Below are positions 19,597-28,333 of a stretch of 64,000 nucleotides of DNA, one piece after another. The DNA is taken from NCBI GenBank assembly GCA_018653485.1, contig JABHZE010000002.1, positions 56,294 through 120,293 of the forward strand, in the 5' to 3' direction. Below the pieces are notes generated by a model. That model had not been told where the DNA came from and did no database searches. It saw nothing but the letters and a program-made list of their open reading frames with translations. How positions within the stretch are numbered: the first letter of the stretch is position 1; every line of letters starts with the position of its first letter. Origin of the DNA: an archaeon (GTDB lineage Archaea; Nanobdellota; Nanobdellia; Pacearchaeales; GW2011-AR1). The position numbers and the translations under genes are program-made.

Positions 19597-20588
19597 TATT
19601 TTTTGTCCTCTACATTATCTTTAACATCTTCTTCCTTTTTATCCTTTTCTGAACCTTTAACAACCTCATCTAATTTCTCCTTATGCTCTTCTTCTGCTTC
19701 TTTTAATTCCTTATCAATTTGCTCTTGAGGAACTCCTTCTTCAATTTCAGTTTCAATAGCAATAGCAGTTCCATCTTCTTCAGGTTTAACTTTTGATTTT
19801 TCGTCTACAACCTTAACAACTCCAGTTTCCATTAAATCTGATTTTTCTTTTTTGTCTGACTTAACATCAACTTTCTCAATTACTTCTTTTACTTCTTTGG
19901 TAGCAGCTTTAACGGCCTTTTTCCTTGTTTTTTTCTTTTTCTTAGCAGGTTCTTCTTCAACTTCATCAGGTATTTGATTTATTCTAGCTTTAACTTCATC
20001 ATTTATATCAATTCTATCATAAATCTTTGCATCAGGACTCATAATCGCTACTTTAATACCAATTATTCCAGTCTTAGTTAATCCAGTTGCTTGAGCTCTA
20101 TCAATTTCCTTACTAGGCTCTCCAGCTTTCTTTAAATAACCGTCTACAAATCTCCATGATTTTGCTCTTTCACTTGGTAATTTACCTGTAAGTCTTAATT
20201 CACAACCCAATGCTCCAGCATTCATTATCTCTTGTAATTTTCTATAAGCAATAACTTTAAATCTAATATTTCCAATTCTTTCAAGAGCCATAGCAATTTC
20301 ATCTGCAACTAATTGAGCATCAAATAACGGATTCTTAATCTCATCTATTTCAATATGAGGATTCTCAAGCTTGAATCTAGTTTTTAATACTCTTGTTAAT
20401 TCACTTATCTTTTCTCCTTTTCTTCCAATAACCAATCCCGGTTTACTTGTTAAAACAATTATTTTTTCACCAACAGGAGTATATTCAATATCTAGCTTAC
20501 TAATTTTACCTTTACCTAGATTTCTTTTTATGTATTCCTTAATACCAAATTCTTCCTTTTTCAGTCTAATAAATTTTCTTTCTTCCAT
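19596..20588 (-). CDS. rps3: Ribosomal protein uS3 with long acidic tail
   Basis: KPGLVIGRKG KH domain, GALGCE, GKL..ERA. Confidence 0.96.
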   Translation of the reverse strand: MEERKFIRLKKEEFGIKEYIKRNLGKGKISKLDIEYTPVGEKIIVLTSKPGLVIGRKGEKISELTRVLKTRFKLENPHIEIDEIKNPLFDAQLVADEIAMALERIGNIRFKVIAYRKLQEIMNAGALGCELRLTGKLPSERAKSWRFVDGYLKKAGEPSKEIDRAQATGLTKTGIIGIKVAIMSPDAKIYDRIDINDEVKARINQIPDEVEEEPAKKKKKTRKKAVKAATKEVKEVIEKVDVKSDKKEKSDLMETGVVKVVDEKSKVKPEEDGTAIAIETEIEEGVPQEQIDKELKEAEEEHKEKLDEVVKGSEKDKKEEDVKDNVEDKK

Positions 20589-20596
20589 TTTAATAT

Positions 20597-21328
20597 TTAT
20601 TCCGCATTATTCATTGAATATTTATTTGTATTTTCTAAAGCAATTAAACAAGCCTTTGCTAAATTAAATGTTGTTCTTATTTTTCCATTTGTTACACTAT
20701 AAACATCTTTTATTCCAGCCATCTTTAATATTTTTTTACACTCATCACCGATAACTAATCCGGTTCCCTGAGGTGCAGGCATTAATTTAACCTTACAACT
20801 TCCAGATTTTCCTTCAACAATAAATGGAACAGTATGAGGTTCTCCACAAGTACAATCAAAACTTCCACATCCTCTAGTAATTTTTATAACACTTAATTTT
20901 GCTTTTCTTAATGCTTTTTCTCTTGCAGGAAGTGTTTCTTTTGCTCTTCCATAACCCATTCCAACATAACCTTTTTTGTCCCCTACAACTGCCATACATG
21001 AGAATGTTGGAACATTACCTTCAGAAGTTTTTTTCTGAGTTTGTCTCCAAGCTCTCCTCTTACCACCACCAAATTTACCTTTAGCTTGCCCAATATTTAA
21101 AACATCAGAATTTAATTTAAGAACAGTATCAATAACTTCAGGTTCTAAAATTTTATATTTTAAAATTTCATCAACATCTGTAAGTTTCTTAGTTTTAACT
21201 TTTAATCCTAATTGAGTCTTTGGTTGCCATCCCTCTAATTTTGCAATTTCTTGTTCTCTTATTCTTTCAGCCCTAGCCTTCATTTTTTCTTCTCTTTCTC
21301 TCTTAGATTCTTGCTTGCTTTTAACCAT
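20597..21328 (-). CDS. rps5: Ribosomal protein uS5
   Basis: WQPKTQLG, VVGD..G, PAPQGTGL. Confidence 0.96.
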   Translation of the reverse strand: MVKSKQESKREREEKMKARAERIREQEIAKLEGWQPKTQLGLKVKTKKLTDVDEILKYKILEPEVIDTVLKLNSDVLNIGQAKGKFGGGKRRAWRQTQKKTSEGNVPTFSCMAVVGDKKGYVGMGYGRAKETLPAREKALRKAKLSVIKITRGCGSFDCTCGEPHTVPFIVEGKSGSCKVKLMPAPQGTGLVIGDECKKILKMAGIKDVYSVTNGKIRTTFNLAKACLIALENTNKYSMNNAE

Positions 21329-21813
21329 TATTTACTCCCTCCAATGTTTTGTTTAACTTTTTCAAAGTTTTCATCTTTTATACTTTCAATATCTGGCATA
21401 ACCTTTTTATCATATGCAATTTCAATTCCAGCATCTGAAACACCCTTAACAACTGCATAAACTCTTGAACCTTTTGTATTTGGAATTAATCCGCTATCTA
21501 AAATTATTCTTCCCTTTAATTCTTTAGCTTTCTTTCCAAGTAATAATCCTCCAAGATATCCTGCCTTTAATGATTTCAAACTTCCTTTCTTTTTCTCATC
21601 CCAACCATGCTTTAATAATTCTTTAGTATTAACATTAAAAAGAACACTATCTTGAGCTTGTTTACTATCAATTATCTGGATAATAAGATATCTATTTGTC
21701 TTTCTTACAACTAATCTTGGAGATCTACCCTTAAGTAAGATCATTCTTTTTGTATAATTTGTTTTACATTCTCGTCTTCTTCTCATATCTAATTTTTTTT
21801 GTTTTTTTACCAT
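21328..21813 (-). CDS. rpl18: Ribosomal protein uL18
   Basis: RRRRECKTNY, RLVVRKTN. Confidence 0.95.
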   Translation of the reverse strand: MVKKQKKLDMRRRRECKTNYTKRMILLKGRSPRLVVRKTNRYLIIQIIDSKQAQDSVLFNVNTKELLKHGWDEKKKGSLKSLKAGYLGGLLLGKKAKELKGRIILDSGLIPNTKGSRVYAVVKGVSDAGIEIAYDKKVMPDIESIKDENFEKVKQNIGGSK

Positions 21814-21821
21814 TTTGAATA

Positions 21822-22325
21822 TTACTCCTTACCCTCCGCAGTTTTTTCTACTTTCTTAACAACTTTCTTTTTAGTATTTTTAATTTTATATTCGGAAACA
21901 CTTTGCCTATCAAAATCTACCTTTTCATTAGATTTTAAATGTTCCTTAAGATTTGCTTTACTCTTAAACGCTCTCATTCTTATTTTTTTTCTTAATTCTT
22001 TATATAAATCTCTCTCAATAACTCCCCTATCGGTTAATTGTTTTATATAATTTCTTAATTTTCTTGTAATTTTAACATAAATTTGTTTTCTTTTGTTTAC
22101 AGTTTTTTTAATTTTTCCAGGCCCTCTTCTAGTTTTTCTTCTTTTAACCTTTGTTCTTCCTTTTACAGGTTTAATACTGATTATTCCATCATCTTTCAAA
22201 CTAATTATGTCTTGTTTTGTAATAGCTTCCTTAATTTCACTTAAACCTTCAGGATTAAAAATAATCCTATTCTTTCCAACACCCAATGCCTTAGATGCTA
22301 ATACTTTCTTTTTACTTAGATTCAT
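21822..22325 (-). CDS. rpl19e: Ribosomal protein eL19
   Basis: LGVGKNRI, AITKQDI, RRGPG; start corrected to ATG 22325. Confidence 0.93.
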   Translation of the reverse strand: MNLSKKKVLASKALGVGKNRIIFNPEGLSEIKEAITKQDIISLKDDGIISIKPVKGRTKVKRRKTRRGPGKIKKTVNKRKQIYVKITRKLRNYIKQLTDRGVIERDLYKELRKKIRMRAFKSKANLKEHLKSNEKVDFDRQSVSEYKIKNTKKKVVKKVEKTAEGKE

Positions 22326-22986
22326 CTTTCTTTGCCTCCGCAGGTTTATTATTAGTATCTTTAACCTTAGATTCATTACTTTCAGAATCTTTTTCAGATT
22401 TTTTAACTGATTTATTAGAATCAGCATTTGTCATGCTTTCTGAATTATTTTTTAATTCAGAACTCCCTTTACCTTCAACTTTATCCTCTACACTTTCTTT
22501 TCCTTTCTTTTCTTCAGCTTTTTCCTTTTTCTCTTGTTCTTTTTTAGCTTTAGCATCTCTTGATTTTTTATTTTTCATTTTCTTAACACTTGTTTCTTTT
22601 TTATCTTTTAATTTCTTTTCAAGTTTTCCTAAAAATGTTTTTGGATTTAAATTATATAATCTTATTTTTTCTTTTAATGCAAATTCTGCAATTTCTTTTT
22701 TCTTCTTAGCCCCTAATTTAGCAACTACTCCAATTTCATCTTTCTTTAAATTTTTAATCTCTTCAATATTTTTAACATTTACAAGAGCCTTATCATCTAC
22801 TAAATGCCTTTTAGCAACTTCATTTTTAAAACCAACTTTAACTTTTTTAACATGCCCTTTCATATTTAGTCTAATTTTATTATCTAATCCTTTAGCTTTT
22901 CTATAAACTTGTTTCTTTTTTCTTCTTACTCCTAATTTTGAGAATTTACTAAAATCAGTTCTTTTAAATTTTGGTTTGTTTGCCAT
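22312..22986 (-). CDS. rpl32e: Ribosomal protein eL32 with long charged tail
   Basis: KPKFKR, RKAKGLDNKIR, VGF; start corrected to ATG 22986. Confidence 0.92.
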   Translation of the reverse strand: MANKPKFKRTDFSKFSKLGVRRKKKQVYRKAKGLDNKIRLNMKGHVKKVKVGFKNEVAKRHLVDDKALVNVKNIEEIKNLKKDEIGVVAKLGAKKKKEIAEFALKEKIRLYNLNPKTFLGKLEKKLKDKKETSVKKMKNKKSRDAKAKKEQEKKEKAEEKKGKESVEDKVEGKGSSELKNNSESMTNADSNKSVKKSEKDSESNESKVKDTNNKPAEAKKDESK

Positions 22987-22987
22987 T

Positions 22988-23548
22988 TTAAATAAACACT
23001 CTCCCAGGTTTTTCAGTAATAAAAATACCATCTTGGAATATTCTTCTATCTTTATTTCTAACTTTAGTTCCTTTTTCAATATTAGCTGCAGTTTGCCCAG
23101 CTTTTTCAATATCATGAGAATCTAGTTCAATATTTTCCTTATCTACTTTTACATTTACTCCTTCAACAACATTGATTAATCTATCCTTTTTTTCACCTAA
23201 GAAATTTTTAACAACAACATGATTATTTGCTTTATCAAAACTCACATTCATTGGGAAGTGAACATTTGCAACTTGCAATTTATATTTAAAACCTTCAGTT
23301 AATCCTTTAATCATATTATTAATATGTGCTACATTTGTTCCAATAATCTTTCTATCCCTCTTAGTAGTTCTAGGTGATTTTAATGTGATCTTGTTTCCAT
23401 CTACACTACCATCTAAAATTGAATTGATTTTTCTAACAATCTCCTTGTCTTCTTTCTTTGCAGTTAATAATGTTCCATCTAAAGTAAATGTTATTCCTTC
23501 AGGAATTTCTATGATTTTAGTTATTGATGTTTCTTTTTGCTTTCCCAT
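22988..23548 (-). CDS. rpl6: Ribosomal protein uL6
   Basis: HFPM, NFLGEK, DRRIFQDGI. Confidence 0.96.
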   Translation of the reverse strand: MGKQKETSITKIIEIPEGITFTLDGTLLTAKKEDKEIVRKINSILDGSVDGNKITLKSPRTTKRDRKIIGTNVAHINNMIKGLTEGFKYKLQVANVHFPMNVSFDKANNHVVVKNFLGEKKDRLINVVEGVNVKVDKENIELDSHDIEKAGQTAANIEKGTKVRNKDRRIFQDGIFITEKPGRVFI

Positions 23549-23919
23549 TAGAACATATATGCAATTAAGCAACCCCCTAATTGTTGTTCTTCTGCTTCTT
23601 CATGTTTAAGCAATCCTTTATTTGTAGAAACAACTACAAATCCAAAATTCTTTGCAGGAAGGAATCTTCTAACATAATGATTTATTCTTTTAACTGGAAC
23701 AGTATATCTTGGTTTTATTGATTTTATTTCATTCAAATCTTTGATTATAATTCTTAAATCTCTTCCCTCAACACTGTAATCTAGATAGCCATGTTCTTTA
23801 GCAATATCTAAAATATTTAGCAATAACTTTGAATACTTTTTCACAACTACTTCTGATTTTCCAGCTTTCTTTGCATTCATTATCTGGTTCAATGTATCTG
23901 ATGTTATATCTTGACTCAT
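23548..23919 (-). CDS. rps8: Ribosomal protein uS8
   Basis: IKPRY, LPA..FG, STNKGL, GGCLIAY. Confidence 0.95.
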   Translation of the reverse strand: MSQDITSDTLNQIMNAKKAGKSEVVVKKYSKLLLNILDIAKEHGYLDYSVEGRDLRIIIKDLNEIKSIKPRYTVPVKRINHYVRRFLPAKNFGFVVVSTNKGLLKHEEAEEQQLGGCLIAYMF

Positions 23920-23931
23920 TTTATTTAACTC

Positions 23932-24162
23932 CTATGAATATTTTTTAAATCCAAGTTCCTCCGCAATTTCCCTAAAACAATGCCTACATAAATTTAGACC
24001 ATAACTATTTATCATAGCACCATATCTTCCACATTTTTCACACTTCTTCTGTGTAATTCCCGTGGTTCTGGTTTTAGGTTTATTATGTTTAATATATTTA
24101 GCTTTAATAGCAGGTTTTCTTACAAATTGTTTCAATGCTTTTCTCCAATCACTTGCTGTCAT
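23932..24162 (-). CDS. rps14: Ribosomal protein uS14 (zinc-binding)
   Basis: [17 protein letters not shown]. Confidence 0.96.
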   Translation of the reverse strand: MTASDWRKALKQFVRKPAIKAKYIKHNKPKTRTTGITQKKCEKCGRYGAMINSYGLNLCRHCFREIAEELGFKKYS

Positions 24163-24675
24163 TTAATTTACCTCCACTCCAAAAGTTTTAATTAAATATT
24201 CTTTGATTTCTTCTTTTGTAACATCTTGTTTCTTAGGATAACTTCCTCTCTTGATTTTTCTAATTTTAACTCTTTTACCTTTTCTCTTAAACACTAACAT
24301 TACTTCAAAACCTAAGATTCCAATATCCCTATTATACTCTAACCCTGGAATTTCAATATATTCCGGAACCCCAAAACAAACTTGATTTGTAGTTATTTTT
24401 TTATTTGAAATAGTATTATCCACAGCAACCAATATTCTTCTTATTAAATCTTTAATTTTTTCTTTATCTCTTAATGTAATTTTAGCTCCACTTTTCTTTC
24501 CAGGACTAATTCCAAATGCAGGGATTCTTCGAGTAGATTTAATAACATAAACCTTTCCACCAGTAATCATTTCAATTAATTTTACTGATTTTTCATGCTT
24601 ATCTTCTGTTCCACCACAATGAATAATCATTTTTTCTATTTCAATTTCAGTCATAGGATTTGTTTTATTTTCCAT
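24163..24675 (-). CDS. rpl5: Ribosomal protein uL5
   Basis: NPM, IPAFGI, FGVPEYI..Y..DIGILG. Confidence 0.95.
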   Translation of the reverse strand: MENKTNPMTEIEIEKMIIHCGGTEDKHEKSVKLIEMITGGKVYVIKSTRRIPAFGISPGKKSGAKITLRDKEKIKDLIRRILVAVDNTISNKKITTNQVCFGVPEYIEIPGLEYNRDIGILGFEVMLVFKRKGKRVKIRKIKRGSYPKKQDVTKEEIKEYLIKTFGVEVN

Positions 24676-25330
24676 TTTCACTTACAACAATATTTTTTGT
24701 CCATACATTTACTTTTTCACCCTCATGTCTCATAACTGCAATTCTCTTTCCACCACGCTCAACAATCTCATCTATTTTTTCAACAATTCCTGCATGCTTT
24801 CCTTTAATTACTAACGCTGTTTTTCCCTTTTCCATTGGAATTATTTTCATTATTTTTCTTTTCTTTAAATCAAGAAGAACTGAATCTCCACTCTTACCTT
24901 TTTCTTCACTAAGAATATTCATTCCTTGCATAAGATTTAATTGAACTTTATTTTTACTCAATATTTTTCTACCTTTAATCTTAAATAATCTTGTTTCAGC
25001 ATCTTTACCTGAAATTTCTTTAAAAATCATTTTCTTATGTTCTGATAAAAACACCCTATAATTTTTCTTTAAATTCACTAAAGTAAGAACATCAAATAAA
25101 TTAAGTGGATAATTTGTTTCTTTTACTTTCTTCTGATTAATTAAAATTTGTTTTTCATTTATTAATGTCTTTAATTCTTTTTTAGTTCCAACTAATCCTA
25201 AAATTTCCCTCATAGCAACTACTAATGGGATTGATGTTTTCTTATCGTGCTTAACTAAACTAAGATATTTTGTTCCCTTTCTATGAACAGGCCAAAATTT
25301 AGGTATATTGCTTCTTTTTAGGTATGCCAT
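24665..25330 (-). CDS. rps4e: Ribosomal protein eS4
   Basis: LKR...PKFW, GKHAG KOW motif; position in operon. Confidence 0.92.
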   Translation of the reverse strand: MAYLKRSNIPKFWPVHRKGTKYLSLVKHDKKTSIPLVVAMREILGLVGTKKELKTLINEKQILINQKKVKETNYPLNLFDVLTLVNLKKNYRVFLSEHKKMIFKEISGKDAETRLFKIKGRKILSKNKVQLNLMQGMNILSEEKGKSGDSVLLDLKKRKIMKIIPMEKGKTALVIKGKHAGIVEKIDEIVERGGKRIAVMRHEGEKVNVWTKNIVVSENGK

Positions 25331-25331
25331 T

Positions 25332-25859
25332 TTATTTTTTATCCCCCCCTATTTTTGAATTTTCAGAATCTTTTGATTCTGAATCTTTAACAGCTTTAGG
25401 TAATGGTTTAGCTTTAAACTTTGTCTTGTTTTCTTCAGCTTTTTCTACTACTTTTGATTTTGAACCAGTTGCAATTCCACCTTTACGACTTAATGCATTA
25501 ACTCTTTTCTTGTCATCTAAATTTAATTCTTGAATTTGAATATTTGAAGGATCAAAATAAACACCAACCTTACTTCCATCTTTCTTAGTCCTATAAATTC
25601 CTTCAATTGTCAATTTTAATTTCTTTAAATCTACTGAATCTATTTTTCCAGTTTTCTTTTTAAATTCCCCAACCATAATTCTTACTTTATCTCCTTTCTT
25701 AACTGGAATATTTCTTTTATCATGTTTTTTTCTTAATTCTTTACTAAGATTTGAGCTCATGAATTCTCTCCTTATATGTAATGGAGCATTCGCTCTGTAT
25801 TTTCTTTGCTTTCTTGGAAGTTTGCTTCCAATCCAATATGTACTAAATTTTGATTTCAT
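25332..25859 (-). CDS. rpl24: Ribosomal protein uL24 with C-terminal tail
   Basis: PRKQRK..NAPLH, KKGDKVRIMVG. Confidence 0.96.
   Translation of the reverse strand: MKSKFSTYWIGSKLPRKQRKYRANAPLHIRREFMSSNLSKELRKKHDKRNIPVKKGDKVRIMVGEFKKKTGKIDSVDLKKLKLTIEGIYRTKKDGSKVGVYFDPSNIQIQELNLDDKKRVNALSRKGGIATGSKSKVVEKAEENKTKFKAKPLPKAVKDSESKDSENSKIGGDKK
25353..25394 (-). repeat. 42-nt coding palindromic repeat, copy in rpl24 (AVKDSESKDSENSK)
   Basis: Perfect 9-bp inverted repeat TTCAGAATC-TTTT-GATTCTGAA on + strand. Confidence 0.85.
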
Positions 25860-25860
25860 T

Positions 25861-26262
25861 TTATAATATAAACTTCGCGATTTTACCTACAAAAGGCCAT
25901 CTATCATTTACTTCTCTTGCTACAGGTCCTTTAATTTGGGTTCCTTTTGGATTACCTTTTTCATCTTTTAATAAAGCAACTGCATTATCTTCAAAAGCAA
26001 TTCTTTCTCCAGTATTTCTTCTAAAAGGTTTCTTTTGTCTAATTACCACTGCATCAAAAACTTCGCCCTTAATCTTATAATCTCCCTTTCTAACAGATAC
26101 TTTTACCCAATCACCTAGTTTAGCATATTGTTGTCTTCCTCTTGTAGTCTTTCCACCTTTTACACTAACTATTTTAACAATTCTTGCCCCACTATTATCA
26201 CTAGCTAAAACATGACTTCCAATATTCAATGCTCGTGTCATTTTTGCACTTACGCCCTTCAT
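25861..26262 (-). CDS. rpl14: Ribosomal protein uL14
   Basis: DNSGA, FEDNA, KGPVARE. Confidence 0.97.
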   Translation of the reverse strand: MKGVSAKMTRALNIGSHVLASDNSGARIVKIVSVKGGKTTRGRQQYAKLGDWVKVSVRKGDYKIKGEVFDAVVIRQKKPFRRNTGERIAFEDNAVALLKDEKGNPKGTQIKGPVAREVNDRWPFVGKIAKFIL

Positions 26263-26588
26263 TTTTTAGCCTCCTTACTAGATTTTCCAATTACAATAAA
26301 ATGAACAATTTTACTAATTGGCCTACATTCTTTAATTTCAATATAATCTCCAACTTCAATTTCATCATGCATACATTCAGGTAATCTTGCATGAAGTTTA
26401 GTTTTTCTTTTTGAATATCTTTCATATTTTTTAATATAAATTGTTCTTTCAAATTCAATTACAACTCTCTTAGGAAACTTTCTTATTACAGTTCCCTTAA
26501 AGCTTCTTCCTCGAACCGCAGTATGACCATGGTTAGGACAAAATTTATCATTGCATTCAATTTGTTGTTTTTTTGTTTCTTTTGCCAT
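26259..26588 (-). CDS. rps17: Ribosomal protein uS17
   Basis: CND..CP.HG, KYERY, ECRPISK. Confidence 0.96.
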   Translation of the reverse strand: MAKETKKQQIECNDKFCPNHGHTAVRGRSFKGTVIRKFPKRVVIEFERTIYIKKYERYSKRKTKLHARLPECMHDEIEVGDYIEIKECRPISKIVHFIVIGKSSKEAKK

Positions 26589-26589
26589 T

Positions 26590-27213
26590 TTAATTATTCT
26601 TAACTAATTTTAATTCAACATGTGTTCTTTTAAACCTACCTCTTCCAAATCTCCTATAAGGTCTTGAAGCAACATTAGAAACACAAAATAATTTGTAAGT
26701 CTCATATTCCATTTCATTTACTATTGCATTTGATTTTAAACTATTCAATAACTTAACAAAATGCATTACAGCATTTTGAGGATATCTTCCACTCATTATT
26801 CCCTTTCTATGAGGTATTTCTCCCCTCATTGGAACAGCCCGTTTATATTGCCTAACATCTTCCAACATTTTTATGGCAGTATCAATATCTTTCCCCCTTA
26901 TGAAATTACAAACAGCAATTGAATGTTTTGTTGAAATAGGAAGGCTTTTTCCATTCACTTTAGCTTCAGTTTTTTTAGCAACCTTTGAAATTTCAGATTT
27001 TTTTAATTCTGAACCTTTAACATCTTTTGATTTTGGACTAGCCTTCTCAGGTTTTTTATCAATCTTAGTTTCTTTTTCCTTAACATCTTTAGTTTCTTCT
27101 CTTACTTCAACTTCTTTTTTCTCAACCTTTTGTTTAGCTTCAGCTACCATATCTTCTTCTCTATGTTTAGTTGCTTCTCGTTTCTTTATTTCTGTTTTTT
27201 GTTCTTGATCCAT
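26590..27213 (-). CDS. rpl22: Ribosomal protein uL22 with charged N-terminal extension
   Basis: PISTKHS, GRYP, THVE; start corrected to ATG 27213. Confidence 0.93.
   Translation of the reverse strand: MDQEQKTEIKKREATKHREEDMVAEAKQKVEKKEVEVREETKDVKEKETKIDKKPEKASPKSKDVKGSELKKSEISKVAKKTEAKVNGKSLPISTKHSIAVCNFIRGKDIDTAIKMLEDVRQYKRAVPMRGEIPHRKGIMSGRYPQNAVMHFVKLLNSLKSNAIVNEMEYETYKLFCVSNVASRPYRRFGRGRFKRTHVELKLVKNN
26983..27024 (-). repeat. 42-nt coding palindromic repeat, copy in rpl22 (DVKGSELKKSEISK)
   Basis: 35/42 identical to the rpl24 copy; 8/9-bp inverted repeat. Confidence 0.8.
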
Positions 27214-27214
27214 T

Positions 27215-27631
27215 TTATTTAACTGACATTGATGCACTTCCTCTAGTCGCACCAACACCGGCAGCTCCATGTTTAACTTTAGTTCTAGTAACTGAAAATT
27301 CACCTAATCTATGGCCCAACATCTCTCCAATTATTTCAATAGGATGATATTTTTGCCCATTATAAACTTGTATTTTTAATCCAATCATTCTTGGAACAAT
27401 TACTAAATGTCTTAGGTGAGTTTTTATCAACTTATTTTTTTGAACTTTCTTGTTACATCTAATTATAAAATTTTGTAATTCATCATCTTGTCTAAGTACT
27501 GTTCTTTTCTCATTAGATTTCAAAAGTTTAGCAAACTCTCTATTTTCCATTTCTTTTAATTCATCAACAGATTTACCTCTATATTTGAATTCTTTCTTCT
27601 TCATTTGTAAGTTATTTGTTTCTTCTGCCAT
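27215..27631 (-). CDS. rps19: Ribosomal protein uS19
   Basis: FKYRG, KTHLR, MLGHRLGEF, GATRGS. Confidence 0.97.
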   Translation of the reverse strand: MAEETNNLQMKKKEFKYRGKSVDELKEMENREFAKLLKSNEKRTVLRQDDELQNFIIRCNKKVQKNKLIKTHLRHLVIVPRMIGLKIQVYNGQKYHPIEIIGEMLGHRLGEFSVTRTKVKHGAAGVGATRGSASMSVK

Positions 27632-27636
27632 GTTAT

Positions 27637-28332
27637 TTATCTTTTCTTCCCAGTTCTTTTAGGACTAAGATGTCCTACTTTTCTTCCAGGAGGTGAATTT
27701 CTTTTTGCAATTTTACTCTTAATTCTCTTTCCTCTTCCACCACCAAATGGATGGTCTAAAGCATTAACTTTTACTGCCGAGGTTCTATGCCATTTTCTTC
27801 CTTGAGATTTCATCATATGATGTTTTTTACCTGCCTTAACAACTGGTTTAATCAATCTACCTTCTCCTGCTGCAACACCAATTGTTGCCCTACAGTTTTC
27901 ATTGAATTTTAATTTTCTTCTTCTAATTAGTACTTCAACACCCTTCTCATCTTTTGTAAGTACTGAAGCTGAACTTCCCGCACTTCTTAATACTTTCCCA
28001 CCTTTTCCAGGGGCAGACTCAATATTAAAAACTTTAGTTCCTTGAGGAATATCTTTTAATTTTAATATGTTCCCAGGATTTATTCCTTCACCAATACTAA
28101 TTTCTTGTCCTTCATAAATACCATCTGTTGCAGGAACTATAAAATTTTCATCATTTATTACAACTTTTATTAGCGGAGCAGTATGTCCTGCAGAATTGAA
28201 TAATTTAACAATTTTTGCCTTTCCAACACTATTTAATTTTGGATAAGTAATTTTATACCTGTAAGCTTTTCCTCTAACTCTAAATGTTAAACTTCCTTTT
28301 CCTCTAGCTTGTTGTGTAATTCTTTTTCCCAT
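27637..28332 (-). CDS. rpl2: Ribosomal protein uL2
   Basis: MGKRI..Q.RG, DHPFGGG, PPGRKVG. Confidence 0.97.
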   Translation of the reverse strand: MGKRITQQARGKGSLTFRVRGKAYRYKITYPKLNSVGKAKIVKLFNSAGHTAPLIKVVINDENFIVPATDGIYEGQEISIGEGINPGNILKLKDIPQGTKVFNIESAPGKGGKVLRSAGSSASVLTKDEKGVEVLIRRRKLKFNENCRATIGVAAGEGRLIKPVVKAGKKHHMMKSQGRKWHRTSAVKVNALDHPFGGGRGKRIKSKIAKRNSPPGRKVGHLSPKRTGKKR

Positions 28333-28333
28333 T

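Noticed and set aside
21822-23572. Long N-terminal extensions of eL19, eL32 and uL6 in the ORF track (also uL22, ORF 50902-51345 and ORF 36755)
   Set aside because: Artefacts of upstream alternative starts inside the previous gene; coupled ATGs exist downstream.
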